Shown piece after piece: positions 1 to 13,699 of a stretch of 64,000 bases of DNA. The stretch spans positions 124,126,001 to 124,190,000 of the forward strand of contig CM059431.1 of NCBI GenBank assembly GCA_030390025.1, read 5' to 3'. This DNA comes from Squalus acanthias (lineage: Eukaryota). A program made the position numbers and the translations under genes. Position 1 is the stretch's first letter, and each line of letters begins with the position of its first letter. The notes below the pieces were generated by a model. That model made no database searches. It was not told where the DNA came from and saw only the letters and a list, made by a program, of their open reading frames with translations.

Positions 1-616
1 CCCCGATCTTTGATCCCTTTTCAGCCGGTGGGCTCTTAGCGCCTTGCCAGCTTGATGCTAATTAGGTCCAAGGCCCGATATCGGGATGCCTCTGACATCA
101 CCAGTCAGCCACAGGGATTCCACCCTGCACCCACCATGTGCCCACACCCGAATTTCTCGACCCACATGTTGCCTGAATATGTGTCAATTTAGACGTAGCT
201 TTATATTTTTTTTCTATGTGAAGGTGACGTTTATTTGTTGCCTTTATTGATATTTTATCATTGCTTTTCCACTTGCGTAGTAAGCCTGAACTTGCTTAAT
301 AAGCTTTTGAGTAATGTATATGGGCATACATCATACAGTGCTGCAATGACATGTTGCACAGAATGCATTGGAGTGGCTTACATATGCACAAGATGTTACT
401 GAAGGAGACATGAAAAGTGTGCTTTGTGAAAAAACATCGCATGCCTGAGAATAGAGAACTGTTCTTCAGTGGAAGATTAGATGTCAGCCATATATTAACC
501 TATCCCAATTAACTATGAAATAGAACCCATAGAGTGTTGTATGTTGGAAGGGTCCTCATAAATCACTGAACAGATGAATTTTTTGCTGAAAGTGCTTGTA
601 AATTATTACAGACTTT

Positions 617-2419
617 GGGCTGGATTTTTCCAACCTCAGTGGGTCCGGGGCGGGCGACGTCCGTGGCGTGTGGGGACCCCGCATCTGTGTCGATCCCAGC
701 CTCCAACAAGATATTCCGTTGATGGGGCTTGTTAAGCCCGCCCTGTGAGGTTCCCGGCCAATTAATAGGAAGCGGGTCTGATGATGTAATTTGATGACGC
801 GTCATCAGCCGGTTTCCTTAAAGGGACCATGTCCACATTTTGACATTTGTGCTGTCAGTATTCTACAGCATTGAGGTGCTGCAAACACTGACCAGCACTA
901 CACAGAGGTGCAGGGCTGCACCCAGGCTCTCCCCTTACTCCTTTCATATGCTTATGGAGGGAGTCATAGCACGCAGGGAGGTTCTCTTCGCTTCCAATGG
1001 GTGGAAGACACCTCCCCAGGAGACCAACGCAGCCTGGTTGCACATTGCACAGGAGGACACAAGCAGAGATGTCATCAGGAGGATCTGGCTGCAGTGGTGC
1101 AATCCTTTCAATGATCTCAGTAGATCACAAAATGTTACTGCAAATCCACACTCAACCTCATCCTGCTGTGCCACTCATCAAATCCCCATCACTCTGCCTT
1201 CCCTACCCTACTCATGCACATCCTTACTCACACCAACTTACCTTACACCTCCACCCATCCCTCTCTATCTATATTATCACTTCCCCTTCTCACTAGCCAC
1301 CCCTCACACTCACCCTCATCCTTGTCCAATCATTCAAACTAACATCACACAAGGGTAGGCACTTGCTTGCTTTAGCCAATGTTCGTGCAAAGTGTCTGTT
1401 AATGTGTTGTAAAGCACTGAAATCTTTATTTTCAACACTTTGCCTTCTTGGACACATTTGTGTGTGTCTTTGGAAGTGTCTTAATGAGTTCCAGTGAAAG
1501 GTGAGACATAACCTCCACCCCCCCCCCCCCCCCCCACGCCAATGGTGACGAGTGTGAAAGGAATGGCTTGGACATTGTGGGGATGCTTGATGATGCTGGG
1601 GTGGGGTGGTGCCAACCTGGTGCATCATGTGGCAGTCAGGGTGTACAGCATCAAGTGAAGTAAATCTGGCCATGGTGAGGCCATCGCTGGCATCCCGGGC
1701 AGCAATGTGCATGGGTGATGATGCCCTCTGTCCAATGCAGCATGAATTGATTACGGAGAAGGTTGGTGTGGATGTTGGTGCTGCTGGTGTGCCCGATGAT
1801 GCTGGTGTTGGGGCGAAATCGTGTTGGGATTCTATGGACCAAGGTGAGATTTTGTTCACTGGCACCAATCCTGATGGAATAGATAGCAGGTGAGATTGAG
1901 ATGACGGAAGTAATCTGTCAAAGTTGAGATATGTTTTTCCATGGAGGTGATAGTGGATGGAGAGATTACTCCAAACACTTCAAAAGTGCATAAAGCTCAA
2001 AAGTGGGTTCCAAATCATTAATGCTCCAGCTTCTAAGATTGGGAAGTAAACAGCTGTGAAATGGTAGGTTTTATACCACTTTTACAGCTTTCACCTATTC
2101 ACAGCAATCCACAGTCATTGAGAACCCGACATACTTACCTGACGTGATACCCGCTCTCCGGGGACATCGTTGAAAACCTGGGAAAATGGTAAGTACTTGG
2201 GAAAATGGTTCTTAACTACCTTTTAAGAAGCTTTTAACTATCTAAATTAGCTGACCCGCCGCTTGGTGTCGCGTCTGCTCAGGGATGACAGACCCGACAC
2301 TTGGGAAACTGACAAGGAGGCGGGTTTACAGCGGGATACCGACCCATTGTCATTCCTTGTGATTTTGAAAGCGGACCCGCCTCCAAACCCACACTCTGAG
2401 CACCGGCAAAATTCAGCCC
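617..2419 (+). mobile_element. Non-autonomous PIF/Harbinger derivative with Myb/SANT remnant
   Basis: TIRs GGGCTGGATTTT (617) / AAAATTCAGCCC (2419), flanks TTT/TTA. ORF 840-1358 contains a Myb/SANT-like segment (RREVLF...AWLHIA...WLQWCNPFNDL). Minus-strand AARDASDGLTMARF near 1660-1710 resembles the transposase C-terminus of the other copies. Confidence 0.7.
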
Positions 2420-3089
2420 TTATTTATTGATAGCAAGAAGCACTGTTGCATGCCTAACAGCAAGAAACTGCAAAGCTTACTGATTTCCTGAGGACTAGCA
2501 GGGAAACTCTCATCTTTAATCAGTAGGAAAAAAGAAAGTGCTATCTATTACTGCTCGTAAAATATTTGTCTCTGTACCTTATTAAGACATTTTAAAAACT
2601 TGAATTGTGCATTTGGAAGATATGGAAACCTATTAGCATGAATGTCACTTTCCAGTTACATTTTCAAGTGAAGGACCCCTCTTGTTCATTCATATTGGAG
2701 CATAGTGTAGTGAATCCTCAATATTGTAGTGATGGAGTGAGAACCTGGATTTTGACCTTGTGTGTTGAAATCAACCCACATCACGTAGCATTGAAAAGCT
2801 GGGTATATAGCTGTAAGCTGCAATAGCATCTTTTCACTATTATGTCATGATTGCTTCCAATTTTTCTTGTATTGTATTGTATACATTGTCAAAGTACAGC
2901 TGTTAATTCAATATGCACCGTCATCATATTAAATATTTGACCAAAATAAAATCCCATCTAAATAAGTTAGCAGGTATTAAGTTGTGCTTTGTAGTAATCT
3001 ATACTTACTAGAGAAGAGGTAGGTAAAGGGAGAAAAGGAATGGAGTTTTTACAGCATGTACAGGACTTCTTTCTTACCCAATACATATG

Positions 3090-3425
3090 GGCCCGTATTT
3101 TCCAAACGGAGGCTTCCTGCGTGCGGAGGCCTCTGATCTTGAAAAAATGTACGCCCTTACCTGAGGGCTCCCGAGGTCCGGCCATTTCCGCTCCTGGGCC
3201 TCTCCACGACGAAATGCACAGGGCCCACGTATCCCAGGGGTGCATGCGGTTCTGCAGAAAGCGGAACTCTCCACCCGCAGAGGCCCTTCTCCAGGGCAGG
3301 CATGCAATCTGTCAAGTGGATTCTTGACAGATCGGAAGTGCCGGTTTTCAGTGCATGCGCTGTATTGTATTGTACGGGTGTGTAAACATCTCGTACACAC
3401 CCGTAGGCATCGGAAATTATGGGCC
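3090..3425. mobile_element. Harbinger-type MITE
   Basis: TIRs GGCCCGTATTTTCC / GGAAATTATGGGCC; ATG duplicated at 3087-3089 and 3426-3428. Confidence 0.7.
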
Positions 3426-4151
3426 ATGAAGTCCAACAACAGAGGAATCACTGCTGGATCTAGTAGTGGGAAATGAGCCAGAGCAGATAAGAGAAGCAAG
3501 CTTAGGGATAAATCTAGGAAATAGCGATTGCAACATAATAAGTTTTAAGATAATTATTGAAAAGGATATCAGTAACACAAATACCACATTATTAGATTGG
3601 AAAAAATGCTAAAACAAGAGGCCATAAATATAAGATATTCACTAATAAATCCAATAAGGAACTCAGGAGAAACTTCTTACCCAGAGAGTCATTAGATGGG
3701 AGGAGGTTTGTGTGGAGCATAAACACCGGCACAGACCAGTTGGGCCGAATGACCTGTTTGTGGGCTGTAAATTCCATGTAATTCTATATAATTACACTGA
3801 CCACTCAGAATTTACAAGCAATGAAAATTATGGGCATAATCTTGTCTATTCTGTTCTGCAGCAATGTTATTTCCTTGAGCCAACAAATCCAAAGCCTGAT
3901 GCTGCTAACCTTGGGATAGATTATCTCACATAACTCAACACCCATTTACAATTATGTCCATTTTTGTTGGAATGTTTATAAATGGAAGACTCAATTGTTA
4001 ATAATTTTACTGTGAATAATAGCAGTGCCTTGCTTTGAATTCTGGGAATTGTAGTCTGATTATAGTTCTGCAAACCTATAATCAGGCCTATAAGGGTATA
4101 TGCAAATTCCAGCTGTCAGCAACAAACTCACAGACCAGCCTCGTACACATT

Positions 4152-4894
4152 GGCCCGGAATTTGCAGTCAGCGGCGAAGCAAAAGCGCTTGCGGCTGGCC
4201 CCGAAGAAAGCTGCCCACAGAGATCTCTAGAGTGAAAAGTTTGTCTTTTTCGACGTTCAAGTGATTGCAGCGCTCTGTGGTGTGAATTCCCTGGTGCGAT
4301 CTGCTGTGACGTCAAAAAGCTGTCGAAGCAGGCAGTCACTTTGCAGAATTCTCACAGACAGGGAACCAGGAAATGAGAAGCTGCTTTTATTTGGACTTTA
4401 TAAAAATGTTAAAGAGAGCACAACAAAGTTTGGGCTCTCAATTGGGGGTAAGGTAGACCCTGAAATAACATGAACAAACTTACATTTTTTTTTAATTTAT
4501 TAAAAATTGTAATTTTTATCATAATGGAGAAATTTGACACTCCACAAAAATAAAATTAGTTTTTCAGAGCCATAATGTTTGTTTAGCAGTCAACACGCTG
4601 TTAAAACCCCAGTTACACTGAATCCAACAAGGCTTAACATTTAATGGGTTATGTAACAGCGGTATTACCGCGGAAAAGCCCACGTTTTCGTAATTTTCAC
4701 TGATTTTACTGATTACACTGATTGCCGGCTATGGGGGTACAGTGCAGCCAGTGTCGGAGCAGTGAATCCTGACTGCAACTTCCGGATTTCCGCGATATGC
4801 ATGCGCTGCATCCTGAAGTTGTGGTCAGTTTCAAAGGGGTAATAACAGCGAACGCTATTAGTTTGCCATTATTACCCACCACAAATTCTGGCCC
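4152..4894. mobile_element. Harbinger-type MITE
   Basis: TIRs GGCCCGGAATTTG / CAAATTCTGGCCC, flanks ATT/AAT; internal similarity to ~6935-7705. Confidence 0.6.
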
Positions 4895-5956
4895 AATGAC
4901 TTAAAAGGTAAGTAAGATAAAAAGTTTGAGGAAAATTACTTTATTTTAATTTAATGGAAGTGTATGCATAACTGTTGAAGCTGAGCCACATTAGTGATCA
5001 GTGCTAATTGTATTTCATTTGCTATTTAAAAAAAATAGACTTTCTCCTTTAATTCAGTTAAGTACATTGCCTATCTTTACAAGCCTAAAAAGCACATGCA
5101 AGGGAAAAAGTAGCCAAGCTTTAGGGAATAGTGAACAGTAATGCATTAGCTTTTTTATGAAGGAAACTAGTAGATCTCCTGTGACATTGCTCACAGTAAA
5201 TCCGTGGTTACTCTGCTGCAAAGGTGGGTTGCTGGATGTGGAAGTGGGAAAAGAAGTGCATATAGGTACTGAAAGAATTTGAAACAGCATTTGAAAGAGT
5301 TCTGCATAGAAACAGTAACACAAATATATTTTTTGATTGGTGCTTGGAAAATAAATATCAGAGTTTTTGAATAATTTTGTTTCTATAAACAATAACAGGC
5401 AGGTGCTGTAACCATTTAGAATACATTCAAATAATTAGATTTGGTCAGTTTCCTCTTTTATTTTATTGGTAGACGTTCCTCACTTTTCATTCTGATTTAA
5501 GATTAAGAAACTTGAACTAATTAGGCAAAAGTGTGACACAGATATATATAAAATATATATATAGAAGTGTTTTATATTTGACAGATTTCCTGTGGTGTTG
5601 CTCAGTATGAGTCCAAGCATACAATTTATAACAAGGCTTTCATGCCATGTAATATGCAATATATTATCAGGGCCATTGATTTACAATGTCTGAGTAAGTC
5701 AAATAGCATTTTTCTTAAAAACTATGCCTGGGTTTTTACCAATGTTTTGAGGATTGAATTCCACAAAATTGTCCATTTTTCCGTGAAAAATGTAAATTAG
5801 TTCCCTTGTTATTTATTTTATTTTGCTTTAACTATTTACACAATTACCTCTTTTTTAAATAAGCAGACCCATCAAGAAGGTAGTTAAAATGTACCAGAAT
5901 AGAGGTAAGCACTAGGGTCAGATGGGAAAATGGAAGAAACAGAAGTGAGAGACAAA

Positions 5957-6829
5957 GGCCGGGATTTTGTAAATAGATGCGGGTTGGGCGCGGGTCAAGT
6001 GGTTTTCGGCTTCCAATCCCACCCCCAACTACATCCGGCCCACGGACGTGATTTTACGCTGATTGACCGTGTTAAGCCCGCCCTACGGGCTTGCCGGCCA
6101 ATTAAGAGGCAGCCGGTCAGATGACATAATTTGATGACGCGTCATCTGCTGGTTTTCTAAAAGGGACCACGCACAATTTTTCTTTGACAGCTCATTTCTC
6201 AGTGTTTGACAGCATTGAGATGCTGCAAACACTGACGATCACTGTACAAAGGGGAGCTCTTGCATCCAGGATCTCCAGTGACTCCCTCCATAGGCTGGAA
6301 CAGGCAGCTGCAGGTGAGGTTACAGAAGCGATCTGTCACTAGTGAGAGAGGTTCTCCCAATGAGGTGGGACTAGACATCGATTTCAAAACATTTTACCTA
6401 CAGAAAAGTGTAATTGCATTAAAAATAATTTTCCCAACATTTCCTTACCTCTGAAACTCACCAGTGCACCATTGGATCCTTCAACCCACTTCTGCAGCTG
6501 TCATCAATGCAGAAACATTATAGTAGACCCACAGCACACCACACTTACCTGGCGTGGTGTCCGGACATCGGGAACCCCGAAGCAGAAGCATCAAAATTGA
6601 AAAAGAGCCTGTTAACTATGATCAAGTACCTGTTAACAGGCAGGTAAGTGGCTTTAATCCTCTTCCCGCCGCTAGGTGTCGGGTTGATGCGCAAATCGGG
6701 GACCCGACACTTGGGAAAATTGTTTGAAGGCGGGTTGACGGCGGGATCGAAACTTGCTGTCAAGCAAAACGATTTTGATCCTTGACCCACCTCCAAACCC
6801 ATCCTCTCAGTGCCGATAAAATCGCGGCC
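5957..6829. mobile_element. MITE, shorter relative of the 617-2419 element
   Basis: TIRs GGCCGGGATTTT / AAAATCGCGGCC, AAA on both flanks. Shares GTTAAGCCCGCCCT...GATGACGCGTCATC and the right subterminal sequence with 617-2419. Confidence 0.7.
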
Positions 6830-6934
6830 AAAGTGTAGACTGAAAACTCATGCTGGCAGGGAGTGGAATAGGCAAATGCTGAGGGGACACATGTGGTGAT
6901 GGGCGTACGTTATACTATTCCAAGACAAGACTCT

Positions 6935-7705
6935 GAGGTGAATTTGCTTTCAGCAGCAAAGGAATGGCACTCGCCATTCATCTCCCTGACAACTGCCCAC
7001 AAACTTTTGGCGAGCTTGTCAGTGGAGATTTCCTCGAATCCTGTGTCTTTTCTGGAGTGGTGCCCTCTACAGGGGAGTTGTGGCATGTGTGAGTTGGGAA
7101 AGCAACAGCAAGGCTCTTCAATCAATCAGATTAAAGAATCCTCACAGAGCCAAGCAGAGTCTAAAGCAGGAAATATATAGCAGGAAATGTAAATTAGATT
7201 TAAATGATGTATAGAAAGTGAAATAAAGATTGGGAAGCACAGATGGGATTAAGGGAGAGAGATAAAAGAGACAGATAGAATAAGTAAGTAAAATATTATT
7301 TTAATTAAAAAAAAATCTCCAACACTAACTTTCTTCTGAGGGAATGAAACTCCACATTTGTAAAATTAACTTTTCAGGGCCAGAGAGGTTGTTCAGCAGT
7401 AATTATCACTTAACACGGCATTAAAAACTCACTTACTCCTGAATGCACCAGCCCTAACTTTTCAACCATTTTTAGCATGGAACTAATGGACAAGTATAGC
7501 AAGTTCATGCCATTGCAGTCATTTTAATGCTGAGTTTATTGACGAGGACAGCAACAGCACACCTTGTGGAGGGTAACTCTGACAGCAACTTTATTTCCAC
7601 GTTTAACTGTGCATGTGCGTACTCCAGAAGTTGCTGTCCGATTTACTCCATTATAACGGTGAGCGAAGATAGCATCACCATTATTCTCATCACAAATTCT
7701 GAGCC
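6935..7705. mobile_element. Degenerate MITE related to 4152-4894
   Basis: Shared blocks (AAAATTA.TTTTCAG.GCCA, GACAGCAACTT, CACAAATTCTG); left end unclear. Confidence 0.45.
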
Positions 7706-8169
7706 AGTGTTTTCTTTATCCATTGCAGCTTAATAAATAAATCTTTATGTAAATAACTGTTTTTTTAACCATCACCCTTTGGGGAGAATTTTAACCCCTA
7801 ATAAATGGTGGGTTTATGTCAGGTGGGATGTTAAAATGTTAAAAATCTGAATCCCAACACAAACCTGTCTCCAACCCACCCACGTCCAGTTTTGACGGAG
7901 GTGGGACGGGTGACGGGCAACCAACCCGCTCCCAGGAGGTAGGTTGGCAATTTAAATATTATAATGAGGCTGCGTGCCTCATATTTAAGCACCATTTTAA
8001 ATTTAACCCTGGCCGGCCGAGTTTTCCGGGCCTCAGGAAACCTGTTGGCTAAAGGGAGGTGAGGACTGCTTGATCCAGGAGTTAAGTGCCTTTCCACTTA
8101 CCTGCTGGATCCAGTTTACCTGCTTCACCAACCCCCCCACGATCGGACACCACGGAGTCTTCCAATCTC

Positions 8170-8600
8170 CTCCTGACTCCTATGATCTCCCCCACCGACC
8201 CTTCCAATCGCTTCCACAAGGCTTCCGATTCCCCACCCCCCCCTCTGATTCTTCTGATCTCCTCCACGAGGCTTCCGATCTCCCTCAACCCCAGCCTCCG
8301 ATCTTGCCTCTGGCCTCTGATCTCACCCCATCTCTGCCCTCTGATCATGCCTCTGGCTTCTGATCTCCCTTCTGGCCTTTGATCGCGCCCCTGCTCTGGC
8401 CTCTAATCTTGCCTCTGGCATTCGATTTCCCTCCTTCTCCAGGCTCCGATCTTGCCTCTGGCCTCTGATCTCCCTTCTGGCCTTCGATCTCTCCCCCTGG
8501 TCTGGCCCCCGATCTTTCCTCTGGCCTCCAATCTTCCCACCCACACCCCCGGCCTTTCTGATCTCTCTCTCTCCCTTCTCTCTGCTCCCTGGCTGTGGCC
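8170..8600 (+). repeat. Pyrimidine-rich minisatellite (CCGATCTTGCCTCTGGCCTCTGATCTCCC-like units)
   Basis: Repeated GATCT...CTGGCCTC units of ~19-21 bp. Confidence 0.7.
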
Positions 8601-8771
8601 TGGTGCTGTCGGGAGGAGATCGGAAGGTCCGGGGGGGTGCCCAATCATGGAGGGTTGGTGAGGCAGGTAAACTGCATCCAGCAGGTAATATTATACCCAC
8701 CCGACAGCCAGCTAGCCTCTCAATCTGGCTGACTGTGGCCTGGAAACAGAGAAAAAAATGCTAATCAGGTC

Positions 8772-9433
8772 CAGCTTCCACCTCCGTAACATCGCCCGTC
8801 TCCGCCCTTGCCTCAGCTCATCCACTGCAAAACCTTCGTCCATGCCTTTGTTACCTCTAGACTTGACTATTCCAATGCACTCCTGGCTGGCCTCCCACAT
8901 TCCACCCTCTGTAAACCTGAGGTCATCCAAAACTCGGCTGCCCATGTCCTAACTCGCACCAAGCCCCGTTCACCCATCACCCCTGTGCTCACTGACCTAC
9001 ATTGGCTCCCGGATAAGCAGTGCCTCGATTTCAAAATTCTCATCCTTGTTTTCAAATCCCTCCATGGCCTCCCCCTTCCTATCTCTGTAATCTCCTCCAG
9101 CCCTGCAACCCCGCGAGATATCTGCACTCCTCTAATTCTGCCCTCTTGAGCATCTCTGATTATAATCGCTCTACCTTTGGTGGCCGTGCCTTCTGTTGCC
9201 TCGGCCCTAAGCTCTGGAATTTCCTGCCTGAACCTCTCCGCCTCACTGCCTCTCTTTCCTCCTTTAAGACGCTCCTTAAAACCTACCTCTTTGACCAAGC
9301 TTTTGGCCACCTGCCCTAATTTATCCTTATGTGGATCGGTGTCAAATTTTTGGTCTTATAATACTCCTGTGCAGCGCCTTGGGATGTTTTACTACGTTAA
9401 AGGCGCTATATAAATACAAGTTGTTGTTGCTGT
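8772..9433 (+). mobile_element. L2 LINE 3' fragment
   Basis: ORF2 C-terminal motifs (HAFVTSRLDYSNALLAGLP, PITPVLTDLHWLP, FKTLLKTYLF); tail ...GCGCTATATAAATACAAGTTGTTGTTG. Confidence 0.9.
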
Positions 9434-9689
9434 TAAATTCGACAGAACCTGTGGGAAACCCATTCCTCCGGGTTTCCTGAATTCAAAGCAGCGCCCCCCC
9501 ACCCCGCCCCCCCACCCCTGCTCCCTCCCCGCCTCTGAGTTAATATCCAGTCCTTTGTCTATCTCTCTCTCAGCAGCCTTTCACTCTAAAGTAAAGAGAA
9601 AGATTTTGTGGAACCTGACTGCAAGTACAATCTAAAATTTTGCTCCCAATCATTTGGAAAAAACAACTTATTAATACTGTTGTATCCTG

Positions 9690-10590
9690 AGGAAAGGGTG
9701 TAGAGCTGGAAAGGGTCAAGGCATGAAGGGAGTTAAATTGGACAGTGAGAATTTTGAACTTGAAGTGTTGGAGAAAGAGGAGCCAATGTAGGTCAAGGGT
9801 GATGCATGAATGGGATTTGGTGTGGAATACAATATGGGCAGCACAGCACTGCATCAGCTGAATTTACGGAACGTGCAGGATAGGAGGCTGGCCGGAAGAG
9901 CATTGGAGTAATCAAGTCTGGAAAAAATAAATGTTTGAAGAATATTTTGAAAGATTTGATTGTTTTTTCTTGGCCACCTTCTCCTTTCCAAAACAATTTC
10001 CTTATGACTGAAACACTATTAAGAAATTTGCATATCTGACAATTAGATGTGTTGCTCTTTTCAGTCTAGAATTCCCTCCCTAAACACCTCTGCCTCTCCA
10101 TCTTCCCCTCCTCCTTTAAGACCCTTCTTAAAAGTCACCTCTTTGACCAAGCATCTGGTGGTCACCCCTCCGAAGATCACCTTCTTTGGCTCAGGATCCA
10201 GTTTATTTATTCAGCCTCTGTGAAGTACCTATGGATGTTATTCCCATGGTGAAGCCTTGGCCCAGTGATAGCACTCTCGCCTCTGAGTCAGAAGGTTGTG
10301 GGTCCAATACTACTCCAGAGACTTGAGCACATAATCCAGGGTTTGGCTTGGTGGGCAAGGGGAAGCTAAGGAAGCAGCAGAGGCAGCTGAATGGATGGTC
10401 TCAATACTTGGTGTCAAAGAAGTCCATGAGCTCCTCACACTTGTTGTTGGAGGTAAGGGTGGAGCAGCAGGGAAGAGGGATTTAAGGAGATGGTTGATAG
10501 TGGAGAATAGAAGCTGGGGGTTCTCTTTGCATTCAAGGATGATCCTGGATTGGTGAGCAATTTTGACAGAGGAGAGCTGGGCCCGATAGC
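9690..10590. mobile_element. Mosaic of old L2 fragments (both strands) and a SacSINE-like tRNA-derived head at ~10255-10340
   Basis: Minus-strand DLHWLL...FKFKIL and NPQLLFSTINHLL motifs; L2 tail at 10065-10250; CAGTGATAGCACTCTCGCCTCTGAGTCAGAAGGTTGTGGGT head. Confidence 0.55.
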
Positions 10591-11487
10591 ACTTGATGTA
10601 CTTCACTATGATGATCTTCTTACATCTTCCACCAACTTCCCCTATTTCTAGCTTTTCAAAACAACCTTCTTTGGGCATTCTTTGCATTACTTCTCTTCTT
10701 CCTTGTCCCCTTTTGTTTTGTTCAGTTGCATTAAAGAGCTTGCTTATTTTTCAATTTCTAATTCTGACAAAGAGTCCACACCTGGAACTTTAACTTATCT
10801 TTTCTTTTTATGCCTGTTCATAAATTTTCTATGTATTTCCAACTTTTTTCATTAAGATTTCCAGCATTTGCAGGTTCTTTCTTTGGCGAACCTCCTCATT
10901 AGTATTCTAAGCAAGGGTTTACTGTAGACATTGTGTTATTAAAATAGCAGAACACAATGCAGCTTGACTTTAGTTTAAATAGAATTTTAAAATATATAAC
11001 ACTAGAACTGGACAAATTACCGATTTTTGCTATTACCGAGCATTGCATGTTGCTGCTGGGTAATAAGGCAAATAGATGTACTTAAAGTGGTGGCGCCATT
11101 AATAATAAAACACATTAGTGTACTTAGATGCATGCTGAAGCATCTGTCAATATTTTAATCAGCACAGCCTTTGTTAATGCACAAATGCATTCTGAACAGC
11201 AGAGAATTGTAGATTTGAGAATTGACTGATGTCAGAGAAATGAAACCAATCGGTTGGAAAAATCTCCATTCAATCAATGCAGTGCAAAACAGTTATGAAT
11301 TAAATTAAGTGGTTATAAGGGCCACAAAATGGAGAACAAGGGCAAAAGGGCATTAACCAACTTTCACTGAAATCATTTGTGGAACCTATACCTTCCTGGC
11401 AATGTATTAGCCTAAGAATTACTGTTGGGTATATTATCGTACAAAAGAGATTTGTTTGTCCACTATTTTTAATGCAGATGTTAACCC

Positions 11488-12626
11488 TGTTAGAAACTAG
11501 GGGTGCCTAAAAATGTATATGGTTACATGAATAATACTGTGTTTAAATGATCTTATGTTTCGGCTCGAGACAAGTAAGGGGATTAAGTTTCATTTCCTGG
11601 AAAACTTGCATTAGAATTTGAGACAGTCTTTTTAAGCAATTAGATTAAGGGAGGCATAAACATTCCACACAGGGGCCCATAGGATGGCCCTGCCAGGCTA
11701 GTTATCTGTTGTTTGTAAGTTAGGGTTTTGACTTTGTTAATGTATCTTTAATTTGGCCAGTGAAGGCCCAACCTATGTTTCTTCCATTATTACTAATAAC
11801 CATATTATAATCTCTACAGATAGAATTTGGAGTTTAGCAGAACTGCTTGCGAAGATTATTAAAATTTAATTAGGAAACAAGATAGAATTAAAGGAATTTG
11901 AGGAGGCTAAGGTATCCATCTTAGAATGGGCCATTTGCTAGATGAAGGTGAGATAGCGACTGGCCAAAGTGCGACAGCTCTGGCTGGGGCCATGATTAAG
12001 AGGGACAGGGTCGGGCCTTGTACTTGCTGGGTCAAGGAGGATAGAGACAAGAGAGATAAGACACAAATTCCAAAGGAAGTATCTTCAGAAAGATTAAACA
12101 AGAAGACAAATTGGATGAAGTAATGAGACCCCCTTTTGGGGAGGGCTTTCATCCAAGAACCAAGACAAAGAACTTGATCTGTTATTGGGTGATGAGGGTT
12201 TAGAGGAACCTCTATAGGTTAAATGGTCTTGTCAATAATTTTGCCTCAGGCCCACCCCAAATAGATAATAAAAGTGACACCCCGAAGTGCTTGTCCACAC
12301 AGATGGTGGAGGGGAGAGCCAAGCAGAGGTTGGGCTTGTCGAACGCTCTTTTGAGAGTGATCCCACGCTCACCATCGGAGGTTCTAGAGAGAGAGAGAGA
12401 GAGAGAGAGGCCGGAAGTCAGAGAACTGTTCACGCACGCCAGCCGTCTGTCTGATCAGGGCCGGTATAAGCTGTTTGTCATGGTCATATGTTTTTGCTGT
12501 ATAACTAGCATGTTATATTCCGTCTTAAAGTCTGATTAAACACAATACACCCACCATATTAGTTTGCAGTCGATCCTGATTATTTGAAAGACTAGAGATA
12601 AGCTATTAATTGGCCAAATCTCTACA
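11488..12626 (+). mobile_element. Solo LTR (~1.14 kb)
   Basis: TGTTAGA...TCTACA termini, 4-bp TSD ACCC (11484-11487, 12627-12630), ATTAAA at ~12535. Confidence 0.75.
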
Positions 12627-12649
12627 ACCCATTTATCTTTAATGGTAAT

Positions 12650-13328
12650 GGCCCTGATTTTAACCGTTCCCGGCAGGGGTGGGGGAGGGGGCAGTTAACG
12701 GTTACCCCCACCGATCCCACTTCCTTTCTGGCATGTCCCCATATTAACCTGCTCTTTTGAGCAGGCAAGCAGGACACTTGCAGGAAGGAAGCGGGGTCCT
12801 GTTTTAAATATGCAGATTACATACGATGATGTCATTGACTCTCCCGCCAGAAGAGGCCCAGCAAGTATGTTTAAAATTTAAATTCAGGTTTTCTTGTGGG
12901 TCATAGTGGCAGAAGTGCTTCTCCGGGCCTCACAACCCCACCCCTTGATCACGGCAAGATCCCCCTCGGCCCTGATCACGGACAAACCCCCTCCCCTTCC
13001 CGATCGGGGCCTCGACCTGTCAATCTCCCCCTCTTCTACCGATCACGGCTCTAAGCTTTGAAATGCTCCCCCTCCTTCCAATTGTGGCCCTGAGCTCTCT
13101 TCCCCAGTAACTGCCGGGAACTGTACCCACGGGTCCCCAGCTGCGGCCTCCTGCCACTTGATAGGGCTCCCACCCACCAGCAAGGCTGTCAATCTGGCCG
13201 GCTGTAGCGCGTCAGACTGCAGCATTTTATTTAAATGAAATCCTGCTATTAGAATTGGCAGGGCCACTATGTCCCTGGCCTTGCCGGGATTTTGATGCGC
13301 TACCACTCTCCCCATTAATATCAAGGCC
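12650..13328. mobile_element. Harbinger-type MITE
   Basis: TIRs GGCCCTGATTTTAA / TTAATATCAAGGCC, TSD AAT. Confidence 0.7.
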
Positions 13329-13699
13329 AATATCTCTGCTCAAATATCAGATGGAAGAATGTCATCTGTTGATATTGCCAGTAATAATTTCTAGGTTATT
13401 AGCTGAAAAAAAAGCTTTGTTATCAAATATATGAGTCAAAAAATACTATTAAACTTTTCTGACCAAGGAATTTATATTCTGAAGTTGTAAAAGAGTCCAC
13501 TTTTCATCTTGTACTGTTTGCATTATTGTAGTATATCAGGAGCTCTGTCCCCATTGTGGGTGAGGAACCATTCATTGCTCTTTGTGCTAAACCAGGTGGA
13601 GGCAAGTGAAATTTGACCGCAGCAGCAACTACTGCTGAACGCTGGAGTCAGTCTTCTTTGTCAGCTCCAAATTGGAGCAAAAATCTTTAGGGGGTTTTG

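Larger units (their letters stand above)
7781..9553. mobile_element. MITE containing a minisatellite and an L2 insertion
   Basis: Imperfect TIRs GGGGAGAATTTTAAC / GTTAATATCCAGTCC, TTT on both flanks. Confidence 0.55.

Noticed and set aside
1..165. Right end of a MITE cut by the window start
   Set aside because: Only one putative TIR (GAATTTCTCGACCC) is visible, so it cannot be confirmed
10640..10880. Further hammerhead/pLTR remnants (TCTGACAAAGAGTC; similar traces at ~25620-25760 minus)
   Set aside because: Probably old Penelope debris, but core and stems are too decayed to call
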